Positions 19,580 to 29,165 of a DNA stretch of 64,000 nucleotides are shown one piece after another. The position numbers and the translations under genes are program-made. Below the pieces are notes generated by a model that saw only the letters and a list, made by a program, of their open reading frames with translations, was not told where the DNA came from and searched no databases. The stretch is from Halobacteriales archaeon QS_1_69_70 (GTDB lineage Archaea > Halobacteriota > Halobacteria > Halobacteriales > Haloarculaceae). The DNA lies in assembly GCA_003021005.1 (NCBI GenBank), contig PXRI01000027.1:1480-65479 (forward strand), in the 5' to 3' direction. Each line of letters opens with the position of its first letter. The stretch's first letter is position 1.

Positions 19580-20782
19580 CTACGACCGCGTGCGGACGGC
19601 GATCAGGGCCGCCGCGAGCGCGACGAGCGCGGCGAAAACGCCGAAGCCGGCGCCGTCGCCGTCGGTGCCGTCGCCGCCGTCGGTGTCGTCGCCGTTCATG
19701 TCGTCGCCGTCGGCGTCAGTCGCGGTGGGCTCGCCGCCGTCCCCGGCGCTCTGCATCGAGACCGTCCGCTCGCTGAACTGGTTGATGCCGACGATGACGT
19801 CGACGGCCGCCTCGGCGCTCCCGGACTGCCGGACCATGTAGCGCGACTGGTCGGCGCCCTCGGTGGCGGCCCGGACGTCGCTGTAGGAGTCCGCCTGTGC
19901 GGCGGCCTCGCCGTCGACGTAGACCTCGAGACTCTCTGCGTTCTCGACCGCGCTCTCGGAGACCGTCGTGATGAGGACCTTGCCCTGGCTCTCGGTCCGC
20001 TCGACGGTAACGTTGATGCGGTCCTGGCTGCGCTCCTGCACTTCGGCGTTGGTGTCCTGGCCGTACGTCACGACGCTTTCGGCGCTCTCCTCGCCGTCCT
20101 CCCCGCTCTCGGCGGCGCCGTAGACGTACACCTCGGCGGTCGCCTCGCCGTTCTGGATCATCTCCTCCTGGGTCTTCTCGCTGTCGGAGCGCTCGTCGTT
20201 GTACTGCCGGTAGACCAGCTGGCTGTCCTCCTCGACGCGGGCGGTCACCTGGCCGTCGGCGTTCGTCGTGACGTTGCCGTCACCGACGACGATGAAGGTG
20301 CCCTGCGCACCGTCGTCGCCCTGGACGACCACTCGCGTGTCGCCCTCGGAGGAGGCGTCACCGCTGACGTTCGCCTGGACCACCTGGTCGCCGTCGCTCG
20401 CGGTGAACGTGACGACGCCGCGCTGGTTGTCGTGGGCCTCCATGTCGGTGCCGCTCTCGAAGGCCACCGACGCGCTGGCGTCACCCTGACTACGGGTACT
20501 GACCGCCGATCCGCTGATGGAGGTGCTCGAGGAGGCGCCGGCGTCGACGCCGATGCCGCCCTCGGTCTCGCTGGCCGACTGGGCTCGCACGCTGTCGACG
20601 ACGACCGAGCCGTCGACGGCGTAGTTCGTCACCGCCGCGTTACCCGTCTCGAACTGTACGAACGTGCCGCTGTACGCTTCGCCCTCCGCCTGCTGGGTCG
20701 CCGCGGGCGCCGCGGCGGCGCCGATCACGGACGTGACCAAAAGCGCTGTGAGGACCGTCGCTCTGAGATTCATTTGCATCAT
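19580..20782 (-). CDS. secreted acidic surface protein with PGF-CTERM-like tail (paralog 1)
   Basis: Signal peptide; C-terminal GAGFG + TM + RTRS; similar to the neighbouring gene. Confidence 0.8.
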   Translation of the reverse strand: MMQMNLRATVLTALLVTSVIGAAAAPAATQQAEGEAYSGTFVQFETGNAAVTNYAVDGSVVVDSVRAQSASETEGGIGVDAGASSSTSISGSAVSTRSQGDASASVAFESGTDMEAHDNQRGVVTFTASDGDQVVQANVSGDASSEGDTRVVVQGDDGAQGTFIVVGDGNVTTNADGQVTARVEEDSQLVYRQYNDERSDSEKTQEEMIQNGEATAEVYVYGAAESGEDGEESAESVVTYGQDTNAEVQERSQDRINVTVERTESQGKVLITTVSESAVENAESLEVYVDGEAAAQADSYSDVRAATEGADQSRYMVRQSGSAEAAVDVIVGINQFSERTVSMQSAGDGGEPTATDADGDDMNGDDTDGGDGTDGDGAGFGVFAALVALAAALIAVRTRS

Positions 20783-20816
20783 AGTGTTGACCTGTTGATT
20801 ACTTAAGGGTTGTCGT

Positions 20817-21947
20817 TCACGCCCGGTACCTCGCCGCGACGAACGCCGCGGCGAGGGCCGCTACCGCCAGGAGGGCACCGAAGCCGGGTCCGTCGGCGGC
20901 GATGCCGTCGCCGCCGGTGTCGCCGTCGCTCTGCATGCTGATCGACCGCTCCGAGAACTCGTTGACGCCGACCACGACGTCCGTGGCGGCCTGCGCACTC
21001 GAGTCACTGCGGACGAGGTAGCGCGACCGGTCGGCGCCCTGGGTGGCCGCCTCGACGTCGCTGTAGGACTCGGCCTCCGCGGCGGCCTCGCCGTCGACGT
21101 ACACCTCAGTGCTCTCGGCGCTGCCGAACGCCTCGTCGGAGACGGTCGTGATGATGACCCTCCCCTCGCTCTCGCTGCGCTCGGCGGTCATGTTGATCTC
21201 GCTCTCACTGCGTTCCTCCACCTCGACGCTGGTGTCCTCGCTGTACTGGACGACGCTCGTGGCCTCCCCATCGGCGTCGCCGCCGCTCTCGGCCGCGCTG
21301 TGGACGTACACCTCTGCGGCGGCCGTGCCGTCCTGGATCATCCGCTCTTGGGTCTCGTCGTCGTCGGACCGCTCGCCGTCGTACTGCCGGTAGACGAGCT
21401 GGCCGTCGCCCTCGATCCGCGCGACGACGTCCCCGTCCTCGTCGGTGGTGGCCTCACCGTCGCCGACGACGAGGAACGTGCCCTCGGTGCCGTCGTCGTT
21501 CCGGACGACGACCCTCGTGTCGCTTTCGGACTCCGCCTGGCCGGACACCTCGGCCTGGACCACCTGACTCTCGCCGTTGGCGCGGACCTGGAGGACGCCG
21601 CGCTGGTTGTCGTTGGCCTCCATTTGGGCTCCGCTCTCGGTGGTCAACGTGGCACCGGCCTCGCCCGTACTCCGGACGCTCAACCCGGAGCCGTTCACGC
21701 TCGTGACGGCCCCCAGGCCGGCGCCGATGCCGCCCTCTGTCTCGCTGGCCGACTGGACGGTCACGTTCTCGACGACGACCGAGCCGTCGACTTCGTAGTC
21801 CGCCACCGCTGCGTCCGTCGCCTCGAAGCTGACGAACGCCCCGCTGTACGCCTCGCCCTCCGCCTGCTGGGTCGCGGCTGGCGCGGCTGCCGCACCGATG
21901 GCTGCCACGGCCAGCAAGACTGCGACTGCGGCGCTTCTGAACCTCAT
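20817..21947 (-). CDS. secreted acidic surface protein with PGF-CTERM tail (paralog 2)
   Basis: Signal peptide MRFRSAA...; C-terminal GPGFG + TM + RYRA (archaeosortase A signal). Confidence 0.82.
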   Translation of the reverse strand: MRFRSAAVAVLLAVAAIGAAAAPAATQQAEGEAYSGAFVSFEATDAAVADYEVDGSVVVENVTVQSASETEGGIGAGLGAVTSVNGSGLSVRSTGEAGATLTTESGAQMEANDNQRGVLQVRANGESQVVQAEVSGQAESESDTRVVVRNDDGTEGTFLVVGDGEATTDEDGDVVARIEGDGQLVYRQYDGERSDDDETQERMIQDGTAAAEVYVHSAAESGGDADGEATSVVQYSEDTSVEVEERSESEINMTAERSESEGRVIITTVSDEAFGSAESTEVYVDGEAAAEAESYSDVEAATQGADRSRYLVRSDSSAQAATDVVVGVNEFSERSISMQSDGDTGGDGIAADGPGFGALLAVAALAAAFVAARYRA

Positions 21948-22001
21948 GTCTACCCGTGGTCGACGTCCGAACATAAATTTCGTGGCTAAGCGTGGGACAC
22001 A

Positions 22002-22605
22002 ATGGCACGCCGCGGTTCCCGACCGAGCGGTCGTCTCGACGCCGAAACCCGCCCGCGCGCTGTGCGAGCACGGCTACGCGTCGCTGACGATGCAGGACAT
22101 CGCCGACGAGTGCGACTGCAGCACGTCGCTTCTGCACTACCACTTCGACACCAAAGCGGAGCTGCTCGTCGAGCTGCTCGCCCACCTGCTCGACCGCTTC
22201 CAGGAGCGGGTCTCCGAGGCCGACCCAGAGGACCCGCGCGACCGGCTCGTCCAGCTGGTCGACGCCTTCCTCTTCGGCGCCGACGACCGCGGCATCGAGG
22301 AGCACCGGGCGTTCCACGCCGCCCTCCTCGAGCTGCGCGCCCAGGCGCCCCACACCGACGCCTTCCGGGCCCAGCTGGCCGAGAACGACCGGCGCGTCCA
22401 CGGCACCGTCGCCGACGTCGTCCAGCGCGGCGTCGACGAGGACCGCTTCCGCCGGGTCGACCCGCGCCGCACCGCCGCCCACCTCCTGGCCGCCGTCCAG
22501 GGCGCCCGCATCCGCTGGGTCACCCTCGGCGAGGACGCGGCCCCGGAGGTCGTGCGCGCGGCCCTCGTCGAGGACGTCATCGACGGCTGGCTGACCGTCG
22601 CCTGA
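22002..22605 (+). pseudogene. TetR/AcrR regulator with frameshifting deletion near the N-terminus
   Basis: ATG 22002 (MARRGSRPSGRLDAETR) is out of frame with RALCEHGYASLTMQDIADE...LLHYHFDTK. Junction at about 22050; part of helix 1 is missing. Confidence 0.7.
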
Positions 22606-22691
22606 CCGGCCGCCGGCCCCGACGCCGGAGGACTCGATGCCCCCAACCCGGCGGCCGGACCCCCGTATGCCGGACCCGACGATCTCCCGCG

Positions 22692-23624
22692 CTACGGCCG
22701 CTCGACGGTGTCGGCCACGGCGTCAAGTTCCGCCCGCGTGAAGACCGGGACCGACCCGGGCATCGTCTTCGCGACCGCGTCCGCCGCGATGGCGCGCCGG
22801 AGGGCGGTCTGGACCTCCGTCTCGTGCAACCCGACAAGAAACGTTCCCGCGAACGCGTCGGCGGCGCCGGTCACGTCGACCGTCTCCACCGCGGGGAGTT
22901 CGTACTCGTGGACGGTCGAGTCCCGCCAGACCGCCGCTGTCTGGCCCCGGAGCAGCGCCACGGTCTCGAACCCGTGGTCCGACGCGAGCGCGTGGGTGAC
23001 CTGCGTCGGCTCGCCGCTCCGGTCGAACACCGCCTCGACGGTCGCCGGCGTGGCCACCAGGACGTCGATCGCCGGGACCAATCGCTCGAGCACGTCCTCA
23101 TCGTCCCCGGTGCCGACGGCCTCGGCGTCGAACAGTCCCATCGCCGTCGTGGCGCCGCCGTCGGTCGCGGCCGTGAGGAACGCCGCCGTCGCCTGGGCCA
23201 GCGACGAGGACGTGGTCGGCGTGCGGCCCGTGACGTAGGCGGCGTCGGCCACCGCGGCCGGCTCGGACGGCAGCGCGTCGAACGAGAGGCTCTCGACGGC
23301 CGCGTCTGCCCTGTCGTCCACGCGTCCATCCTCGCGCGGGCGCGCGCCGCGCTCGAAGAACGTCACGCCCTGTCGGCCGTCGTCCGCGAACTGCACGGCG
23401 ACATCGACGTCGTTGCGGCGCAGCTCGGCGGCGACCCGCCGCCCCAGCGGGTCGTCGGGCAGCCGCGAGTACCACGTCGCGGCCGCGCCGAGCCGACCGG
23501 CCGCGACCGCCGCGTTGCTCTCGGCGCCCTCGACGTCGACCGCGAACGCGTCGGCCGTCTCGAGGCGGTCGGTCCCGCGGGGCGCCAAGCGGAGTGCCGC
23601 CCCGCCCAGTGTCACCAGGTTCAT
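22692..23624 (-). CDS. PfkB family sugar kinase (KDG kinase-like)
   Basis: GAESNAAVAAGRLG and DVTGAADAF motifs. Confidence 0.85.
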   Translation of the reverse strand: MNLVTLGGAALRLAPRGTDRLETADAFAVDVEGAESNAAVAAGRLGAAATWYSRLPDDPLGRRVAAELRRNDVDVAVQFADDGRQGVTFFERGARPREDGRVDDRADAAVESLSFDALPSEPAAVADAAYVTGRTPTTSSSLAQATAAFLTAATDGGATTAMGLFDAEAVGTGDDEDVLERLVPAIDVLVATPATVEAVFDRSGEPTQVTHALASDHGFETVALLRGQTAAVWRDSTVHEYELPAVETVDVTGAADAFAGTFLVGLHETEVQTALRRAIAADAVAKTMPGSVPVFTRAELDAVADTVERP

Positions 23625-23917
23625 ACCGGGCTCTCACACCCCAACGGTTTCAACTCGCGGGGCGACTCGAGGCTCGACTCCGGCGCGTTGAGCTCCAGGC
23701 TCACATGCCTGGCAGCTGCGTGGGGTTCGTGTGCCTGACACCTGCATGGGGGTCCGTCCGCCTGGCACCCGTCTGCCGCCCGCCCTCGTTGCACCTGCTT
23801 GCCGTCTGTCTGGCACCCCCTTGCCCCGCCCGCCTGCCTCCCCGGGTACCGTCACGACTCCCATCCACGCCGCGACAGCACCAAGCCTTTAGTCGGCACT
23901 GGTCGTGGCGGGCGTGT

Positions 23918-24220
23918 ATGATCGTGATGCTCGCGGAGATGCCGATAACGCCCGACAGCCGCGAATCCGCGCTCGATCTGTTCGAGGACCTCGCGGCGGC
24001 CTCCCGGGCGGAGCCGGGCGTGCTCGAATACCGCGTGACGACGGACCTCGAAGCCCCGGACGTGGTCCGCGTCATCGAGCGGTACGAGGACGCCGACGCC
24101 GTCGACGCCCACATGTCCAGCGACCACTTCGAGGCCTTCCAGGCCGACTTCGCCCCGCACATCGCGGGCGAGCCCACACTCCACCGGTACGAGGTCGACT
24201 CGGAGACGCAGGTGATGTAG
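23918..24220 (+). CDS. ABM-domain (putative quinol monooxygenase) protein
   Basis: SRAEPGVLEY, ERYED and HMSSDHF motifs. Confidence 0.85.
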   Translation: MIVMLAEMPITPDSRESALDLFEDLAAASRAEPGVLEYRVTTDLEAPDVVRVIERYEDADAVDAHMSSDHFEAFQADFAPHIAGEPTLHRYEVDSETQVM

Positions 24221-24321
24221 GCGTCGCTGGCGTGCGGTTTTACTTTCGCTATCCAATGCTCACTTTTTTGCTACAGCCGGTTATACACAGAACGCTTCCA
24301 CTATGGGGGTGAGAGCTAAAC

Positions 24322-25137
24322 GTGCGAATCATAATTGACCTGTCCGCTCGAGCGGACGCCGCCTACGACAACGCCTACCACCACAAGCTACGTGGTCGCA
24401 TCTGGCGCGCGCTCGACGGAACCGAACACGACACACTGCACGACACCGGCGACCCACCGGGGTTCGTCATGTCGAACCCGTTCCCGCCGAGAGATATGCG
24501 GGAGGGCGACGACCGAACGCTGCTCGTGGCCTCTCACGACGAGGAACTGCTCGCAACCGTCGCGGCGGATTTCCTCGAAGACCGCGAGCTGAATGTCGGC
24601 GAGATGCCCTTCCACGTCGACGATGTTCGTGCGCTTGACCCTGACGTGGGCGAGCCAGGAACGAGGGGGACCCTAGAGATGGGGACCGGCCTGCTCGTCC
24701 GCATTCCACCATGGCGCTGTGAGGAATACGACATCGATCACCCTGGCGGGGATACGGCCGTCTTCTGGCGGCCCAAACACACGATGGAGCCACTCCGGAA
24801 TCAACTGGAAGCCAACCTCGACAAGAAGCATGGGCTGTACGCCCCGGAGTATCTCCCGGGACCGAGCGACGTCGACGCTGATCTATTCGACGGCTACGAA
24901 CTCATCAAGACGTTCGCCGTCCCCGTGACGGTCACGGAAGGCGAGGAGATGACCTTCGTGTTGAGCAAGTGGGAGTTCGAATATACGGTTCGGGATGACG
25001 ACCACCGCCGGCACCTCAACCTGGCGCTGGACGTTGGCCTTGGCGAGCGGAACGCGCTCGGGCTGGGATTCGTGAATATCACGGAGAAAACGCAACCGGG
25101 CGAGAGCGAACTGGAGGGACGTGATGCTTTCGCCTGA
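24322..25137 (+). CDS. cas6: CRISPR-associated endoribonuclease Cas6
   Basis: YHHKLRG, SNPFP and C-terminal GLGERNALGLG G-rich loop; first gene of the cas operon. Confidence 0.93.
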   Translation: MRIIIDLSARADAAYDNAYHHKLRGRIWRALDGTEHDTLHDTGDPPGFVMSNPFPPRDMREGDDRTLLVASHDEELLATVAADFLEDRELNVGEMPFHVDDVRALDPDVGEPGTRGTLEMGTGLLVRIPPWRCEEYDIDHPGGDTAVFWRPKHTMEPLRNQLEANLDKKHGLYAPEYLPGPSDVDADLFDGYELIKTFAVPVTVTEGEEMTFVLSKWEFEYTVRDDDHRRHLNLALDVGLGERNALGLGFVNITEKTQPGESELEGRDAFA

Positions 25138-27274
25138 CGAGTTTCGGGAGAAGTACACGACCGAGGAGCTGGAGGCCGAACTGCCGGATTCCCCGGTTGG
25201 GTCGCTTCGGGATCTCCAGTACCTCTATGGGAAACTCTACACGCTCGCCACGACAGACGGTGGTAAGTACGCACCTTACCTCACGCCTAACGAAGCTGAT
25301 GAGCTTCTGGATACAGACGATAGTCTGATCGTTGTCCGTGTAGATGCTTCAGGAGATGAACCGCAGCTAGCTAACGATAACCGAGGATCAGTGTGGATAA
25401 CAAGATATATTGAAGAACATATTCCGGTAGTCGCCCACTGCTATTATCAAAATAGGGGTGCTGGAATTGATCACAGTATAACTCACAAGTCAGGGCAAAA
25501 CAAATCTCCAGAAAGATTAGGAGAATACGCAACACACCGGTTCACCCGGTGGCCTTCCGAAGATGCTGTGCAGGAACTTCGGGACGATCACAGTGAGGGT
25601 TGGATTATTAATGATCTTAACAAAATCGGAGAAAATGACGATCTGACTGATAAAATAAAGACGAGTATTCAACAACAAATTGACGGGGATCAGACTGCTC
25701 TCATTACTGTAAAAATAAAAACCGAATCCGATGGAGACTTTCATTGGCCCTCTGATATGGATATACTAATGGAGGGTATGCGAAGACAACGTCTTTCTAA
25801 ACTTACAACAAAAAACAAAGCAACAGATTCCTCGGGACAGGCTGTTGATATTGTCACCCGAGATAACACTCGAACAGTCGGAACAGCTCAAGATCCGATC
25901 AATTATTATCTTGGGAAACAGGTGGAAAAATTCCCAGGTCTGGATATTGATGAGGCTTGGAGATCACATTCTGTCTCAGAGGATAGTGCACTAACATTGA
26001 TTAAAGCGGAACTGTTCATGGACACATGCGCATATCGAACATTTGGCGCAAAAGTATACTATCTTCCCTACATATTTGGAAACCCAACAGCAGAAGAGTT
26101 GTATGAAATTTATACTATTCTATATAGCTCAGCTGTAGAAGAGGCCAATAAAACACCAATTGAGAGGGCTTACGATAAGCAGGAAGACATCTTTGGTGAA
26201 AACCGTCTTCGGTTTTATATTACTGCAGTAATGCCGCATCAGAACTCGAGATACGATGTATTTGGCGAGACATTGAACGGTCGCCTTCATTATCCAAAAG
26301 AATTAGCCTTGAGTCACAATCGTTTCGTCAAAAGTGTCTCAGCATTCAACAGAGCTTCCGACGCCGAGTGGACTGCACCGCTTCCGACGAACGAAAAGTG
26401 GAGCCTTCTTGAAACAAACGACGAACAGCTACACGCTGTCTCGACGGGTTGGTACTTCTATCAGACATTTGCTGAACGAGACGATGATGAAGCAGATGCA
26501 GATGATCCAAGACTCAACGCGCTGGTCAGTGTTCTGAGCGGAGAACCGATTGCGGTCGATGTGTTGCTTGAGGAGTATGTCGACCGGATTATCAATGACC
26601 AAGCTAACGACGAGGAACATGAAGGGTTCCCTTCGTTCCTAGTCGCCAGCCAGTTCGCACAACTTTGCGCACTAGCAGAAGACCGGGTCAATTTGCTGAA
26701 ATCGGCTGATCCGAGTAGAGATCCAATTACAAGAGAAACAACCTATCCAAAGAACACTATGCCATCAGTAAACGAAATAAAAATCGCGGACGGGGGCCAC
26801 CCTGCCGCACCGAAACTCGAATCGTTCATCGCTGAGACGCCCGCACTGTCAGCAGCCCACGACGACGATCCGCAATCCGTGACGAGTCAACGACGCGGAG
26901 CGTTCCTCCTGGGCGCGCTCGTCGGCGACATCGGAAGCTATCAGGAGTACAGCGAAGACCGCTCGACGACACTCGTCGACCAGTACCCGGTCAAATCGAT
27001 CACCCGATCACGGATCAAAAAAGTCACCCAAGAGACCGTCGCCAAGACGCTTACCTATACCCGTCAGGAGAAGAAACAACGAGGGAATTATCCCGGAACG
27101 AAGGCCGACCACATCGTCGACCGGCTTCGGGATACGATCTTAGATCCTGACCCGGAAAACTGGGAGATAGAGACGGACGATCTCCGCTTCTACTACGCGC
27201 TAGGGGTGACGTATGGAATGAATGACCACCCGTGGAATCGAGGCGAAACCGACGCCGACGAAACCCAGGAGTAA
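25124..27274 (+). CDS. cas8b: type I-B large subunit Cas8b/Csh1
   Basis: Position between cas6 and cas7; LQYLYGKLYTLA N-terminus; GAFLLGALVG and FYYALG C-terminal motifs. Confidence 0.9.
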   Translation: MLSPDEFREKYTTEELEAELPDSPVGSLRDLQYLYGKLYTLATTDGGKYAPYLTPNEADELLDTDDSLIVVRVDASGDEPQLANDNRGSVWITRYIEEHIPVVAHCYYQNRGAGIDHSITHKSGQNKSPERLGEYATHRFTRWPSEDAVQELRDDHSEGWIINDLNKIGENDDLTDKIKTSIQQQIDGDQTALITVKIKTESDGDFHWPSDMDILMEGMRRQRLSKLTTKNKATDSSGQAVDIVTRDNTRTVGTAQDPINYYLGKQVEKFPGLDIDEAWRSHSVSEDSALTLIKAELFMDTCAYRTFGAKVYYLPYIFGNPTAEELYEIYTILYSSAVEEANKTPIERAYDKQEDIFGENRLRFYITAVMPHQNSRYDVFGETLNGRLHYPKELALSHNRFVKSVSAFNRASDAEWTAPLPTNEKWSLLETNDEQLHAVSTGWYFYQTFAERDDDEADADDPRLNALVSVLSGEPIAVDVLLEEYVDRIINDQANDEEHEGFPSFLVASQFAQLCALAEDRVNLLKSADPSRDPITRETTYPKNTMPSVNEIKIADGGHPAAPKLESFIAETPALSAAHDDDPQSVTSQRRGAFLLGALVGDIGSYQEYSEDRSTTLVDQYPVKSITRSRIKKVTQETVAKTLTYTRQEKKQRGNYPGTKADHIVDRLRDTILDPDPENWEIETDDLRFYYALGVTYGMNDHPWNRGETDADETQE

Positions 27275-27282
27275 CACTGACC

Positions 27283-28365
27283 ATGTCCAAAACATCTGAT
27301 CCAGTCACGAACCGCTCGGAAATCGTCTTCCTGTACGACGCCGTCGATGCCAATCCGAACGGCAATCCGCTATCCGGTGCCAACCGGCCGCGGATCGACC
27401 CACAAACCCAGCAGGCAATCGTCACCGACGTTCGCCTGAAGCGGTATCTCCGCGATCAACTCGACGATGACGGCCACGGCGTCTATATACGGAACGTGCA
27501 TGAGGACGGCGACCAGTACACGCGGGGGCAGCTCCTCGAAGACCGACTCAAAGCTGTCGATCCCGACGATTACGATCTCGATGACGACGATGCAGCCGAG
27601 GAGTTCCGCGACGACGTGTTCGGCGAGTTCCTGGATGAAAGCGTCGACGTGCGATACTTCGGCGCGACGATGTCGGTAGACACCGACGAGGTATATGCCA
27701 AGCACCTACCGGATCACTTCACCGGGCCCGTCCAGTTCTCCCCCGGCAAATCGATGCACGCTGTCAACGAAAACGAGGAGTACGACAGCCTGACGAGCGT
27801 GATCGCCACACAGGAGAACAAACAGCAGGGTGGGTTCGATCTCGACGACCATCGGATTCAGTACGGGCTGATCCGGTTCCACGGCCTCGTCGACGAACAC
27901 GGTGCGAAGGACACGAACCTCACCGGAGCGGACGTCAAACGACTCGATACGCTCTGCTGGCGTGCGATCAAGAACCAAACTATCAGCCGGAGTAAGGTCG
28001 GGCAGGAACCCCGGTTGTACTGTCGTGTCGAGTACGCCGACGAAAGTTTCCACCTCGGCGGTCTCGACCGAGATCTCGAACTGGACGAGGAGCATTCGAA
28101 ACCCGCCGAGGAACTCCGAACGGTTCGTGACCTCACCCTAGACGTGACAGGCCTCGTTGACCGACTCGATGAGGCAAGTGATAGAATCGAAGGAATTCGG
28201 GTGGTTGCCAGCGATGTTGTACAACTTACTTACGATGGCGAGCTTGGTGGCCCCTCGATACTCCACGACGCCCTCGAAGACGCGGTCGGAGTGAATGCCG
28301 TCGAAAAAATCGACGTCTACGACGAACAGACCGCGACACTCCCGAGTGACGATACTACGCCGTAA
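27283..28365 (+). CDS. cas7: type I-B Cas7/Csh2
   Basis: DANPNGNP, TDVRLKRYLRD, DVRYFGA and TGPVQF motifs. Confidence 0.93.
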   Translation: MSKTSDPVTNRSEIVFLYDAVDANPNGNPLSGANRPRIDPQTQQAIVTDVRLKRYLRDQLDDDGHGVYIRNVHEDGDQYTRGQLLEDRLKAVDPDDYDLDDDDAAEEFRDDVFGEFLDESVDVRYFGATMSVDTDEVYAKHLPDHFTGPVQFSPGKSMHAVNENEEYDSLTSVIATQENKQQGGFDLDDHRIQYGLIRFHGLVDEHGAKDTNLTGADVKRLDTLCWRAIKNQTISRSKVGQEPRLYCRVEYADESFHLGGLDRDLELDEEHSKPAEELRTVRDLTLDVTGLVDRLDEASDRIEGIRVVASDVVQLTYDGELGGPSILHDALEDAVGVNAVEKIDVYDEQTATLPSDDTTP

Positions 28366-28367
28366 CG

Positions 28368-29165
28368 ATGGCCCAACACTCGCAAGACGGCCGGACGTCC
28401 CGCGAGAGCAACGGCCTGCCAGACCGTTGTCTTTCATTTACGGTTCGTGGCCCGTGGGGCCACTTCCGACGGATCGAAGGTAACATCGTCAAACAGACCT
28501 ATCGAATCATCCCCCGAACGACCGTTGCTGGACTCCTCGCAGCGGTCCTCGGAATCGAACGGGACGGCTACTATGACCTGTTCGCACCCGATAGGTCGGC
28601 AGTTGCAATCGAACCTGTGCGTGAGATTCGGACTATCAACATGCCGATGAACACGCTTTCGACTGCTGCTGGAAACTTACAGTCACTCAACGGGCGCGGG
28701 AAACTCAGTGTCAAACTTCCTGACCCGACGACTCTCCGGCAGCAACATAACTACGAGGTACTGGTCGACCCGGCATACCGTATCGACGTCGCACTCGACG
28801 ACGATCGGTGGTATAGCGAACTCCGTGAGACGCTTGCGGCAGGCGAATCCCACTATGTACCGAGTCTCGGTCTCTCCGAGCACCTGGCGGAGTTCGAGTA
28901 TCACGGAGAATACGACGTTGAGGAGAGCCCTCAGGACGACACGATAGAGGTTGATTCGGCTGTACCGAACGCGATCGACGATGTCGTTCTCGATGCAGGG
29001 GCCCGCTGTCAAATCGAGGAATCGCCAGCGTTTATGAAAACTGACTCGGGTGGTCGGACGACAACGGGCTTTACGACCTACGCCTACAACCCCGACGCCG
29101 AGGCGCTTGGAGTTTCGGATACGTCACCTGGGATCGTCGACGGTCGAACCGTGGTATTCGTCTGA
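28368..29165 (+). CDS. cas5: type I-B Cas5
   Basis: GPWGHFRR, TYRIIPRTTVAGLLAAVLG and PSLG motifs. Confidence 0.93.
   Translation: MAQHSQDGRTSRESNGLPDRCLSFTVRGPWGHFRRIEGNIVKQTYRIIPRTTVAGLLAAVLGIERDGYYDLFAPDRSAVAIEPVREIRTINMPMNTLSTAAGNLQSLNGRGKLSVKLPDPTTLRQQHNYEVLVDPAYRIDVALDDDRWYSELRETLAAGESHYVPSLGLSEHLAEFEYHGEYDVEESPQDDTIEVDSAVPNAIDDVVLDAGARCQIEESPAFMKTDSGGRTTTGFTTYAYNPDAEALGVSDTSPGIVDGRTVVFV

Noticed and set aside
24270-24320. GTTATACACAGAACGCTTCCACTATGGGGGTGAGAGC upstream of cas6 faintly resembles the CRISPR repeat (possible CreA/CreR-type mini-array)
   Set aside because: Alignment needs many gaps, no second repeat is present, and the region is better explained as the cas6 promoter.
25110-25140. 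CreTA toxin-antitoxin RNA pair between cas6 and cas8b, as in Haloarcula hispanica
   Set aside because: cas6 and cas8b overlap, so there is no intergenic space; the other cas junctions are only a few bases long.
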